Positions 32,530 to 46,319 are shown, counted from the stretch's first letter. The stretch: 64,000 nt of DNA from the human T2T-CHM13v2.0 reference genome, Homo sapiens (GCF_009914755.1 NC_060926.1); one strand, 5' to 3'. Notes: generated from the letters alone by a model not told the origin. Made by a program: numbers and translations.

Positions 32530-35500
32530 TCTTTTATTGTAGTAAAAATCTCATAACGTTCAATTTACTATCTTAACATTTTAAGTGTACAATTCAGTAA
32601 TGTTAAGTGTATTTACATTATTGCACAACTGATCTTTATAACTATTTCATCTTGCAAAACGGAGACACTATACCCATTACACTAATTCCCCTTCCCTCTC
32701 TCCCCCTTCCCTCCACCTTTTTACTTTATGTTTCTAAAATTTTGATTACTTGTGGTACTTCATACATGTGGAATCATACGGTATTTATTCTTTTGTGACT
32801 GTCTTATTTAGTGTATCTTCAGGGTTTATTCATATTGTACCATGTGATAGGATTTTTCTTTTTTAGGTTGCGTAATACTCCATTGTATGTATATTGCACA
32901 TTTTCTTTATCCATTCATCTGTGTTTGGACATTTGGGTTGTTTCTACCTTTTGGGTATTGTGAATAATGCTGTGATGAACACAGATGTGCAAATATGGCT
33001 TTGAGATTCTGCTTTGAATTATTTTGGATATATACCCAGAAATGAGATTGTTAGATCCTATGGCAATTATTAATACTATATTTAATTTTTTCAGGAAACT
33101 CCATACTGTGTTCCTTAATGACTATTGATTTACATTCCCACCAACGGTATTAAGGGTTTCCATTTCTCCACATCCTCACCAACATTTGTATATTTTTTTC
33201 TAATATCCATTCTAACAGATGTGAAGTGATATCTCATTGTGGTTTTGATTTGCATTTCTCTTTTTATTAGTTATGTTGGGCATCTTATATATACTTGTTG
33301 GCCATTTACATATCTTCTGCAGAAAATTGTCGATTCAAGTCCTTTGCCCATTTTAAAATCAGAATTCTGCACCCTCCCCCCCCCACCCCACCCCCGTAGT
33401 TAAGTTGTACAAGTTTCTTACAAATTCTGAACATGTATTAGTCTGTTCTCACACTGCTATAAAGACATACCTGAGACTGGGTAATTTATAAAGGAAAGAG
33501 GTTTAATTGACTCACAGTTCTGCATGGCTCGGGGAGGCCTCAGAAAACTTACTGTACATTTGTGGCAGAAGGGGAGAGAGGGAAGCAAAGGGACATCTTA
33601 CATGGCGGCAGGCGAGAGAGCAAATGAAGAGAGAGAGAGAGAAAGCGAAGGGGGAAGAGCCCCTAAAACCATCAGATCTTGTGAGGTCTCACTCACCATC
33701 ACGAGAACAACATGGAGAAACCGCACCCATGATCCAGTCACCTCCCACCAGGTTCCCCCCTTGACATGTCGGGATTATGGGGAATATAATTTGAGATGAG
33801 ATTTGGGTGGGGACCCAGAACTAAACCTTATCAGGACATTGCATTTATTTGTGTCTTTTAAAATTTCTTTTAGTAACATTTTGTAGTTTTCAGGGTACAA
33901 GTCTTTCACCTCCTTGGTTAGGTTTATTCCTAAGTATTTCCTCCTTTTTGATGCTACATTAAATGGTATTTTCTTAATTTCTTTTTCAGAACAGTTATTG
34001 TTAGTGTATAGACATGCAATTGATTTTTCGTGTTGATTTTTTTTATCCTGCAACTTTGCTGGAATCTTTATTAGTTATGAAGGTTGTGTGTGTGTCTTTA
34101 GAGTTTTCTACATATAACTTTTCTTTTTGATCTTCTGATTGTTCTATTCATAAATGAAAGTGGAGTATTGAAGTCTCCTACTATTATTGTATTGCTTTCT
34201 ATTTCTTCCCCTAGTTATGTCAGTGTTTGCTTCATATATTTAGAAACACTCAAGTTACGCGTATATTTGTAATTGTTATATCATCCTGGAGAATTGACTC
34301 TTTTATCATTATATTGTAATTAATGTCCTTCTTTGTCTATTGTGACAATTTTTGTCTTAAAGTCTGTTTTATTTAAGTATGGCCATCCCCTTTAGGTTCT
34401 TATTTTCATGGAATATCTATTTCCATCCTTCAGTTTAGGTTACGCATGCCCTTGGATCTAATGTATGTTTCTTGTGGATGGCATATACTTGAGTCTTGTT
34501 TTATATTCAGTTGGTCAATCTGTATCTTTTAATTGGGCATTTAATTTACATTTCAGGTCATTATTGATATGAAAGACTTTTCATACCTATTTCCATTTTG
34601 TTAACTATTTTCTGTATATCTTGTAGCTTTTCCTCTCTTGCTGCCTTCTTTTGTTTTGTTGATTTTTTGTGTGTATAATTACATTCTTTGATTCCCTTGT
34701 CTTTTATCTTTGTGTATGTTCTATAGACATTTTCTTTGTGGTTGTCAATACAGTTACATAAAACATCTTAAAATTATTAACAGTATATTTTAGTTTGATA
34801 ACAGCTTAATCTTCCGTCTCATATAAAAACTTGACTCCTTTGTAACTCTGCTCCTCCCTCAAAAAAGACCTTTTTATTGTGTAGTCATTAATATAGATTC
34901 ATAATTACTTTTTATGTCTTTGTTTTTTAAATTCTATACAGATTTAAATGTGACTTATACACCTATATCAAATTACTTTCAGAATTCTGTATTTGCCTAT
35001 GTATTTACCTTTACCAAGGAGTATTGTAGTTTCTTATGGTTTTGTGTTACTGTTTGTTTTCATTTTGCTTTAACTTGAAGTACTCCTATCATTATTTTTT
35101 GTAGGACTGGTCTAGTGGTGATAAACCCCCTCTACTGTTGTTTATCAAGGAGTCTTAATTTTTCCCTTATTTTCGAAGGACAGGTTTAGGTTACAGTATT
35201 CTTGGTTGACAATTTTTTTTCTTTCAGTATTTTGAATACTACTATTTTCTAACCTGCCAGTTTTCTGCTGATAAATGATAGTTCAATGAGAGCTTCTTTG
35301 TATGTGATGAGTCATTTTTCTCTTGCTGCTTTCAAGATTTTTTGTGACTTTTGACAGCTTGATTACGAGTGTGTTTTGGTGTAGTTCTCTTCCTAGTGGA
35401 GTGTTTTGAGCTGCTTGAATTTATACTCCCATTTCTCTTCTCAGATACAGGAAGGTTTTGGCCATGATTTCTTCAAATAGGCTTTCTGCTCCTTTCTGTC

Positions 35501-36630
35501 TTCTTTTTCTGAACTCCTATAATGAGCATTTTTCCACTTGATGGTGTCCCATTCATTCCTTAGGTTCTCTTCATTTTTACATTTTTCCTCTCTTAGTAAT
35601 TTCAGAAGTCCTGTCTTGGAGTTCATAGATTCTTTTTTCTACCTGGTCAAGTTGCTGTCGATCCTCTAGTGAATTTTTCAATCCATTTATTGTATTTGGT
35701 TCCAGAATTTCTATTTGGTTCTTCATTTTAAAAAAATTTCTTTCATTTATACTTTCATTTTGTTCATGCGTTGTTTTCTTGTTTTTTTTCAGGTGTCTGT
35801 CTGTACTCTCTTGTAATTCATTGAGCATTCTTATGACGGTTATTTTGAATTTGGTAATTCATCTATTTCCATGTCTTTCTGGGGTTTATTTCTGGAGATT
35901 TAATTTGATCTTTTGATAGCCTGTGTTTTTCTATTTCTTTGTATGTCTTTATTTTTGTTGGGATGTCAGCATTTGAAAAATCAGCTACCTTTCTCTGTCT
36001 TACAGTCTGCTTTTGTATTGAGAGGACTTTGTCCAGTCAGCCCTACTACGGATTCTAGAGCCAGCCATCTTAAGCCTTTTCCGAGGCTGTGTCCTTTTTG
36101 AGTTTGTGGGGTACAATCTAATTGAAGAGGTTTGCTGGTTTCTACTCAGGAGCTCCCTCTGGTGTCTGTCTGTGATATTGTGGCCTCACTGGTGCTGTAG
36201 TTGGCCATGGTACTGGAGCTCTACCTAGTGTCTGTGATACTGCAGCCTCTGGTGCATGTTAATCTTTGTTCTTGACAGCTCCCAACCTGGTGCCCTGTTC
36301 CTGTTATTTAGATTCAGGAAAGACAGAAGCAAGTTTCTTGCACCCCAGAAGTCAGAATATTGGATGTGTGTTCCACTCCTCTTAGGGATTTCTTCCCTAT
36401 TACTTTGTACTGTGCTGAGGGGAGGGTCTCTGGCAAGCGAATGCCTTGCATTTTTCTACCAGCCTTTGATGCGGTTGGTTTCCTTCTGTCCCGGAGTGTA
36501 GGAACTTCTTAAGTGGTTTCTGGGTTTCTTACACAGGCAATAAATAGGCCCATATAGCATTGTTAAATCCATGTTTCTGTAGGGGAAGGAGGGACTGCGT
36601 TTTCCTATATTGTCATCTTGCTGACATCAC
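32530..36630 (-). mobile_element. Ancient, internally deleted L1M(B)-type LINE with 3' end, ORF2 fragments, ORF1 fragments and 5' region
   Basis: ORF 33775-34053(-) contains [20 protein letters not shown] (L1 ORF2). ORFs 35441-35828(-) resemble the L1 ORF1 coiled coil. L1MB-type 3' end at ~32530. Confidence 0.8.
33434..33833 (-). mobile_element. Solo MaLR LTR (MSTA/THE1D-like) inserted in the L1
   Basis: tgtattagtctg...aaaccttatca; flanks gaaca / ggaca (4/5 TSD). Confidence 0.88.
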
Positions 36631-37269
36631 TCCTTAACACATTTCTTTCATGTATCATATGGCTAGCTGTTTACCCATTTCCCTTTGTTAGATTGCATGC
36701 TACTTGAAAGCAGAAACTTGTCATTTTTTTGCATTTTTAAAAGAATGTTTAGTAAAGCACTTTACATGTAGTAATAGTTTTTTAATATTTGTTGAACGAA
36801 TGCTTAGAAAAATAAGTCAGTCCTACTGACGACATACGGTTTTTCAAAACTACATCTGCCCCTTAATCTCCTTTACATGTTTTCCTTTCTTCCCTTCCTT
36901 TCTCCCTTCATTTGCTGCTATCATGAATCTCCTTAGTATTAGGCAATATGTTAGTAACACAATAGTGAGCAAGCATTCTGTATCCACATAGCTTGTAGGG
37001 AATATCCTGGTTCAATGACATAATTTGTCTTAAACTTTATTATTTTTTAATTTCTGAAGTAAATGTGCTCTGCATAATAAATTCAAGGAAAACAAATAGG
37101 CATAAAGGAAAAGGTGAATTTCCCCATTTCCTTTCTCCTGGATACCAGGCTCTAGAGGTGTGGAGTTTATAGCTTGGTATGTATCCTTCTCCTCACATCT
37201 AGGTGCATATAAGTTTATGCAGCCTGTGCTGGAACTTGTCTTTTTTTTTTTTTTTTTTAACCTAACAAT

Positions 37270-37630
37270 AGGCATTTATGCAGCATATAATGAAGTTTCA
37301 GTCAGTGACAGACACAGACTGCATATATGACAGTGGTCACGTAAGATTATAATGTATTTTTACTGCCTTTTCTATGTTTAGATACACTTAAATACACAAA
37401 TACTTAACTATTGTGTTACAATTACCTATGGTATTCAGTACAATAACGTGCTGTGCGGGTGTGTAGCCTAGGAGCCGTAGGCTAGATAATGCAGCCTAGA
37501 TGTATATATAGTAGGCTATACCATCGACATTCGTGTAAGATATGCTATGATGTTCCCATGATGGCAAAACTGCCAAGTGTGTGATGCATTTCTCAGAACA
37601 TATCCCTGTCATTAAGAGATGCGTGACTAT
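37270..37630. mobile_element. Tigger3a/MER7-like DNA transposon MITE
   Basis: catatatgacagtggtc...aagattataat...gcatttctcagaacatatccctgtcattaag. Confidence 0.75.
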
Positions 37631-37665
37631 ATTGGATACCCTATTAGATACCTGTCTAAATGTAA

Positions 37666-37994
37666 TTTTTTTTTTTTTTAAATGAGGTGGGGTTTCGCTC
37701 TGTTGCCCAGGCTGGAGTGCAGTAGCACGATCATAGCTCACTGCATCTTCAGATCTCCTGGGCTCAAGTCATCCTCCCACCTCAGCCTCCTGAGTAACTG
37801 GTACTACAAGCGTATGCCACTATACCCAGCTTATATTTTTTATTTCTATTAAAAAATATTTTTAAGTTACTTATTTTAGAGACAAGGTCTCGCTATGTTA
37901 CCGAGGCTGGCCTTGAATTCCTGGCCTCAAGCGATCCTCCTGCCTGAGCTTTCAGAGTTACTGGGATTACAGGCATGAGCCATCATGCCTGGCT
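37666..37994 (-). mobile_element. Alu (AluJ-like)
   Basis: Antisense dimer. Confidence 0.9.
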
Positions 37995-38215
37995 CTAACT
38001 CGTTTTCAATGACAGAATATGTATTCTATTTTGTTCCTATATCATATTTTATTTAACTCATTTTCCTCTTGATGGGGACTTGTTAAATAGTTTATTGTTT
38101 TACTTATGTTTGTATTTTGAGGAATAGATTCTTTAGAAGTGACATTCATGGTTCACTTGTTGGTTGTGCATTTTGATGGATACGCAAAAAGTGGGGAAGT
38201 TACACCATTTGCTAA

Positions 38216-38419
<204 letters not shown>

Positions 38420-38956
38420 TTATTCTCTTCTGGCATCAGTTTGCTACAGTGAGCTCAGATCAAATAGGAAAATACTTGAAATGCATGTCTCAAGCTGCAA
38501 GGCAAACTCCATTCCTCATATTAAACTATTACTTCTCATGACGTCACCATTTTTAACTGACAGGATTAGTAAAACATTAAGACAGCAAACTTGTGTCTGT
38601 CTCTTCTTTCATTTTCCCCGCCACCAACTTACTTTACCACCTATGACTGTACTTGTCAGTATGAGAATTTTTCTGAATCATATTGGGGAAGCAGTGATTT
38701 TAAAACCTCAAGTTTTTAAACATGATTTATATGTTCTGTATAATGTTCAGTTTGTAACTTTTTAAAAGTTTGGATGTATAGAGGGATAAATAGGAAATAT
38801 AAGAATTGGTTATTTGGGGGCTTTTTTACTTACTGTATTTAAAAATACAAGGGTATTGATATGAAATTATGTAAATTTCAAATGCTTATGAATCAAATCA
38901 TTGTTGAACAAAAGATTTGTTGCTGTGTAATTATTGTCTTGTATGCATTTGAGAGA

Positions 38957-38962
38957 AATAAA
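38957..38962 (+). terminator. Proximal polyadenylation signal AATAAA
   Basis: Canonical hexamer with TGTA elements just upstream (~38926, ~38940) and T/GT-rich sequence downstream. Confidence 0.6.
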
Positions 38963-40154
38963 TATACCCATACTTATGTTTTAAGAAGTTGAGATCTTGT
39001 GAATATATGCCTGTCAGTGTCTTCTTTATATATTTATTTTTTATTAGAAAAAATGAAGTTTGGTTGGTGATGCATGAAACAAAATAGCAAGAGAGGGTTA
39101 TAGTTTAATAGTAAGGGAGATAACACAGCATGTGTAGCACCAGTTGATAATTGGTCTCTAGTAGCTTACTGTCAAAATGTTCAATGAAGTCTTCTGTTCA
39201 TCTGTTGAAACTAGGAAAATACCCAAACTTAAATGGAAGAATTCTGAAAGAGAGGATAGAATTTAAAGAACAAGAGTATATAAAGTTATTCTTTGAATAT
39301 TTCATTGACTATATGTACATTGAGTTATCTATATTTGTAAACAAATTAGTCATGGAAAATTATTCTATCCCAAAGTCTCCTTTTAGTCTAGATAATCATT
39401 ATTTCATTTTAAAATTAGTGTTTTTCATAGTTTGCACTGATGCGTGTATGGATGTGTGTGAGTCAGTGGTAGCTTATTTAAAAAGCACCTTATCCTTTCT
39501 CCCATAACCTTTGTACACTAAAAAATGAAAGAATTTAGAATGTATTTGATGATAGCATTCTCACTAAGACACATGAGAATTTAACTTTATAACCGCGTGA
39601 GTTAAGATTTAATTCATAGGTTTTGATGTCATTGTTGAAGTTATTTGTAATTCAGAAACCTTGCTTGTGTGATACATAGTAAGTCTCTTCATTTATTACT
39701 GCTTGTCTGTTGTTATATCTGGATTATCAAAAGCAATAGTGCACCAATTAAGATGTGCTCAAATCAGGACTTAAATCATAGGCACCACATTTTTCATGTC
39801 AGACTAGTTACTTTGTTGATTCTCAGTTACTGTAGGCATCAAAAGGCAAAAATCAAAAAAAAAAAAACAAAAACAAACAAAAAAAAAGATGAACCTAGGT
39901 CTGTGTAAAGTAAGGGGAGTGTTAGGAGCAGCCAGGACTGTGTAGTGTGTGTTTGGTTGCATCACAAACATCGTATGTGGAGACATTGCAATACAGTGTT
40001 TTTTGTTTTCAACTTTTCTTGTATTCTTGTATATTTGTATTATGTTTTGAATGCTTTTCTCTTTTCATAATTAAATATTAATGTTTGGGATAACTGCCAA
40101 GAAGAAGTAAAAATATTGAATGGAACTTCTATATGAGGATGCTGTGATCTAAAA

Positions 40155-40160
40155 ATTAAA
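40155..40160 (+). terminator. Distal polyadenylation signal ATTAAA
   Basis: ATTAAA followed by GT/T-rich ttgtttctg...ttgtcttt; three TGTA motifs at ~40020-40040. Confidence 0.6.
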
Positions 40161-41376
40161 TCTCAGTGGGCGGAGAGAATTTGTTTCTGATGCCTTGTCT
40201 TTAGAATAATTGTTTGCTTTCAGATGATTAAAAAAAGGAGATTGTATCTAGGAAAAAAGTGTGAATGCTTCAAAGGAGAGATACTGATAATTGTGACTTG
40301 AAATAGTGTCAGATGAATTATGTAGCTGATCACTGATGGAACCATCTAATGAGGCAGGCTTAAACTCTATTTAGTTTCGTTTGTTTTCTCATATGAAGTT
40401 TATAATTCCTTTCAGTCCTAAAATGTCAGATGCCAGGTGTCAAATGCCACAGTAGAACGTGAAATTAAGTAGAGTCCCCTTTTAAACAAATTTCTCTGTA
40501 AGCAAAACTATCTTTAGTGACTTAAAAAATAATATCCTCTAAAATTACCCTTTCAAGAGGAAAAAACTGTTCAATGAAAAAACCACTCAATTATGACTCA
40601 TATAAGAAATACTGGTTTAACCAGGAGATATTTGGGGAGCAAAATTTTAAGGAATTTCAAATTGCTAAATCTAATACAAATATCTGACAATAAGATACAG
40701 ATCTAAAAGAATGGTTCTTAAGAACTATTGTTTACTGGGAATAAACTAAGCTCTATGAAGAATTCGTAAGCATTACATGTTCCAGTAAGTTTAGCAACTT
40801 AGAGCCAAGACTGGTGGCCACCTCCATTTATTTCCCCACTGCTCCTCCACTGACATCCTTCTTAGCAGAAACTTCATGAAAAAGTTTTTGCTGACACAGA
40901 ACAAACCTGAAAGTAGTATCTACTTTCTAAATACTACTTTGCTTTTCAGTAGTGGATTTGATATTTATAATGTTCTCTAAAGCTTGCAACTTTTTCAGCA
41001 ACGTTTAAAAATAGATTAACCTGGAATAACTTACTTGTTTGCTGCTAAAATACTCAAGATTTTGCCATTTTTAAACAACCAGTCCCTGTGATACAACTTT
41101 GAAAAAACTTTTAAAAATCTCTGATGTATGGGCTCTTTTTTTCCCATAAGAATTATGTACATCTGTGATGTTTTACAGGGGGATCCGCTTTTAAACAGTG
41201 TACATATTGGACCACACTGAAATGTCATATATCCTTTCTCTACTTAAAATTGGTTATTTACTGTGAGTTCATTTCCGATGTGTTCTTGGTTGTTGCTGTT
41301 TTCTGCCTGAAGACGTGTATCATAAAGAGCTACATGGTATGGACTATTTATTTGTAATTTGACATAAAGTTTGAAG

Positions 41377-41382
41377 AATAAA
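41377..41382 (+). terminator. Candidate far-distal polyadenylation signal AATAAA
   Basis: Canonical hexamer followed by a long T-rich tract at ~41432-41463. Confidence 0.4.
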
Positions 41383-42599
41383 GATCTATAAAAGTTGAAG
41401 TTTCTGATATTAAAGCTCTTAATATATTGGCTTTTTTTTTTTTTTTTTTTTGGTTTTGGTTTTTAAGAAAAGCTGTTCCTGTAAAAGTGAAACTTTCATT
41501 GACATTCCTGAAATACTTGAAGAAGGAGTTTGGGGAATTTTCCATCCTGACCTAACAACCTAACCAAAGGAAAACTTTTTATTCTAGAAATTCTGTTAAT
41601 AATCTATTTCCTAGCCTTTTTATATTCTAACTTTCCCCTAACCCTTCCCGAATTCCTCCTTTCCATTCCTCCTTTTTGGTTCTGACTGCCCAGAAGATAT
41701 ACTGTCAGCATTTTAAATTCCAAAATATTCATACAGCATAAAATCTTGAATAGAGGTGGTAAATTGAAATTTGGCATCAAAATTAATGGGGTAGAATCTA
41801 CAATGTGGCAGAAATATCTAAACTTTGTGCCAACATTTAATCCAATAATTGTGGGAGGAAGAGTTGTATCATGCTGTGTTTCAGAAACTAACCTCCCTCA
41901 CCCACCCCATCTTTGACTGCCAGTCAATATTTGTGGGTATATGTAACTTTATCATAGCATACTTTTGTCTCTGTGTGTAATCCTGTAACAAAACCAGTTA
42001 AAGCTTTCTTTACATAAACATTTGGCATCTTTGTGTGTTTTGCATTAACTTAGACAGTTGTGCCTAATTTCTCTTCATTAACTTTGCTCAGGTTATTCTT
42101 TTAAACATTGGTAACAATATTTCTACCACACCAAATATGCAAATGATTTTAGGATGAGGCTGGTCTATAGTGTCATGGAATGGTTTTTATGGCATAACGT
42201 GAAACCGGTTATATGCAGATCTATAGTCTGATTTATGTAATAACATTATCTTCAATCTGATAAAATCTGCCTCTGATTTCCTCCTAATTAGTTGGTCCAC
42301 ATGCAAGCATATAGTCTGCAAGGACCTGTCCATTTCAGAATCGCCTCTGTAAACCAGATGCCTTAACATGGTGCATGCATGGCCCCCAGAGGAGGTGTTC
42401 AGTAACTGGTTTTGAGTGAATTTGAAGTGTTAACGAAATTATTATAACAGTGCATACGTATCCTCTAATGTTACATGCCTATTTCTGGTTTGGATTTTCC
42501 AAAATGCTTTTCAGCAAACCCTTCCCCATTAGTGTCTTTATTTAGTGATTTTGAATTGTGTTCCCTTTGGTGGGATTCATTCAAAAGCAACTTCCTGCA

Positions 42600-43155
42600 T
42601 TTGGTGATTTTTTTCTTAGATTCATTCTCATTTGTTTGTGAAGAAAGGTTGTTCTGTGTGGGTTTTTTGTTATTCTATAAAAAAGTGACTTTTCTGCGTG
42701 GATTACTTTTATAGAAACAAGGTTTGTCTCCCATATGAATGTTTTGATGCTGAAAGTTTTTCCATGTTAGTGCACTTACAGTTTTTCTCTCTGGAATGTA
42801 CCCTCTCATGTTGAGAGAGCGAAGAGCTATAGCTACAGGTTTTCCCACACCGTCTGCCTTTGTAGGTTTCTTCCCAGTGTGAGTTCTTTCGTGTTTAATC
42901 CAGGCGAGCTACAAGGGAAAAATTCTCCACATTGACCACATTTGTGGAGTTTCTCCAGTATTAATTCTTTACTGGTTACTAAACGACGCTTTTTGCTTAA
43001 GATTTCCCCTCCTTCTTTATATTCGTAGGTTTTTGGTTTTTTAACTTACATGAACTCTCACATGTTGAACAAAGGAGGAGCAGTCTTTAGAGATTTTAGA
43101 TACTTTATGTTCACAGGATTTCTCACCTGTATGATTTTTCTCATGTTGATTAAGG
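42600..43155 (-). pseudogene. Degenerate C2H2 (Kruppel-type) zinc-finger array remnant
   Basis: Minus-strand frames give LNQHEKNHTGEKS, SSFVQHVRVH, NQ*RINTGE / KCGQCGEFF, IKHERTHTGKK / YKGRRCGKTCSYSSSLSQHERVHSREK and QHQNIHMGDKP. Confidence 0.8.
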
Positions 43156-43260
43156 CAGTAGTTCTCAAACTTTCTGGTTTCAGGACCTCTTTATGTTCTG
43201 AAATAAATTATTGAGAACTCCAGAATGTTTGTTTATGTGGCTTATATCTATCAGTATTTC
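43156..43260 (+). mobile_element. hAT-Charlie (Charlie4-like) 5' fragment
   Basis: cagtagttctcaaactt...caggacctctt...aattattgag...tttgtttatgtgg. Confidence 0.6.
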
Positions 43261-44063
43261 TTTGTAAAGGGTTTGTATTTTATCATGAAACATGTAGAAG
43301 TAAATCATTCACTTTGATTTTTCTTCATGACCATAATCATATTAAGAATACAAAAGGTATAAGAGAGTGGCACAGGATGAGGGTTTATTAGGAGGGCTGT
43401 ATGTATGCCTTCCCCACCCCTGACTCCCAAGAAAAAAGATTATAGCTATCAGAAGAACATAGCTTTGCAAGATTTGTTCTGTGATAAAGGCAAAATTCCA
43501 CATTTTTCCTCAAAATAGAAATGAAAAACAACTATGTTGTCCAAATAATTTGATGCCCCAACTTTCAAAATGTTTATGTATAGAAGCCTATAGCTCCAAC
43601 GCGCTGCCTAGCCCTGCCACTTTGTCAACCCCATGGCCATATTCTGGGCCCTGTTATCGCTCAGAAGGCCCTTGTCTGGAATCTGGGAAAAGGAGGATGT
43701 TGAAGACTTAAAAGTCCTAATGCCTTTAATGGGGGCCTGGAAGGATGGGGCTTCAGGCCTGGCGGGAAAGGAATGGTGTTGTGTGGGAAGGTGCTCACAT
43801 ATAAAACATCCAGCTCTAACAACCCAGCAATGTGCTGTCCTCAAAGCTCCCAACCCCGCTGTGAGTCACCCCATCTGAGGACCTCCATGAGTGGCCAGGG
43901 CACAGTCCCTTATTCTGCTAGATGCTCTGCCTGCCCTGTATAATACCTCTCTGCTCAGCCTTAGCACTAACGCCATCCTCACTCCAGTCCTCTCTTGGTT
44001 TGAATGTTTTGGATGTCTTGAGAGCATTGGGGCAAGAACTCCGAGAATTTTTTTTCTGTTTTC

Positions 44064-44472
<409 letters not shown>

Positions 44473-45480
44473 TCAGCAGTTCACCTCATGTAGGAAAGTG
44501 AGATGCACCAGAGGCTTAAAAAAGTTCCTATGGTTTGCCCACTAATTCCACATCTAGGAATCTGACCTTAGAAAATACTCAAGAGACGCGGGTTGAGATT
44601 TCTTCAGGAAGACCTTCATTGTGAAGTTGTTTATAGCAATCCATCAATTGGAAACAAGTGCACTAAAGTAAGATATCAGGTAAATATTAGACACTATCCA
44701 CTTGATCATAGAGGCACAAAAAATGTTTATACAGCTTTTTATATTGTGAGGAGGACTTCATACTATGAATTTTATGGGGGAAGAAAGTAGGAATCAAAAT
44801 TTAGTAGGCACTTTATGTCATAATGTGTGTGTGTGTGTGTTGTGTATATATTTCATAGAGAAAAGTCTAGAAAGAAATGTGCAATCATTGGCCAAAAATT
44901 GTAATTGACATTTTTCTCTTCATACTTTCAAAATTCTTTACATTGGCTTTACTTACTCCTACAATAAAAAGTCAAGCTTGTGTAAAGAAGCCTAGCTTAA
45001 AATATGGACCATAAGCTTTAAAATTTTTTATCTTAGCAAAATTATCAATTGTTAAGAAAAAATATTTGAAGCTATCTTAAGTGTTCTAGTAAAGAAGAAA
45101 CTAGAAACCCTTTTATTTTCTAATCCCATTCATATTTATATATTTTTTGAAAGCTCCCTTCAACTATACCCTTGTTTATCAATCTTGTTCTGTTTGTTCC
45201 AGCTTTATAACGTGATATATGGGTATCTGTGCCTGTCTTCTGTATGTGCATTTTTTTTCTGGTAATTCTGCCCATGTTCTGCATATCTTTATTTTCATGT
45301 TCTTAATCCTTTTATTTACTGCTTCATGACTCAATTTTAATTTTTCTGTAACTGAATTATGTAGGACCTTGGCCCCTAAATAGCTCTTTTCAAGAAGATT
45401 TTCTTCTTGTGTGTCCAATAGATTTGCTATGCCCTTTCTCCTCCTCCTGTTAAATGTAAAACTTTATTAGTATCAATATC

Positions 45481-45840
45481 TGATATAGTTTGGTTGTGTC
45501 CCCACCCAAATCTCATCTTGAATTGTATCTCCTACAATTCCCACATGTTGCGGGAGGGACCTGGTGGGAGATCATTGAATCATGGGGGCAGTTCCCCCAT
45601 ACTGTTATCGTGATAGTGAATAAGTCTCACGAGATCTGATGATTTATAAGGGGTTTCCCCTTTCACTTGGCTCTCATTCTCTCTTGCCTCCCACCATATA
45701 AGATGTGCCTTTTGCCTTCCACCATGATTGTGAGGCCTCCCTAGCCATGTGGAACTGAGAGTCCATGAAACTTATTTTTCTTTGTAAATTACCCAGTCTC
45801 CAGTATGTCTTTATCAGCAGCGTGAAAATGGACTAATACA
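45481..45840 (+). mobile_element. Solo THE1 LTR with perfect 5-bp TSD atatc
   Basis: tgatatagtttgg...ggactaataca; atatc at 45476-45480 and 45841-45845. Confidence 0.93.
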
Positions 45841-46319
45841 ATATCATATTGTATATTTTTCTGTAGATCATCCATTTTAAAAAGAGGAGATGATTTGCTA
45901 ATTTTTAAAAACAGCTCCTATAAGAAAAGGGAAATTCAGAAAGATGCTTTTCTTCTATCTTTTCCCTGAAAGTTGCCCAGTTCTTCTTTGCCTTTTGGTT
46001 GTTTTATTGGCTGATTCTAGCTCTGGGTCTGGTGTCAGTGTTGACCTGTGATCCCTCATCAGGGCCAGTGCTGAGACCTGTGGATGATTGCACCAGACGT
46101 CCTTTACAGACCAGGCTTGAGTCTCCCTGCTATTGTGATTTTTTTTTAAGCTTATTTGGAATGTTAGACAAACAGGTGTAAAAATACCATATTAGTTTTT
46201 GAAAGATTTGCTTATTTAGCATAACATGAATTTATGCTCATTATAAAATTTCTAGTAATTTGGAGATATAGACTAAAAATGGAAATCCTCCCTATATACA
46301 CAGGGTTTTTAGAAAACAT

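Larger units (their letters stand above)
38420..40180 (+). other. ACSL3: ACSL3 3' UTR (AT-rich, no recognisable repeats; may extend to ~41400)
   Basis: Follows the stop codon; no interspersed repeats recognised; several PAS hexamers. Confidence 0.75.

Noticed and set aside
39845-39888. A-rich tract resembling a retrocopy poly-A tail
   Set aside because: No TSD or upstream retroelement body; treated as a simple repeat within the UTR
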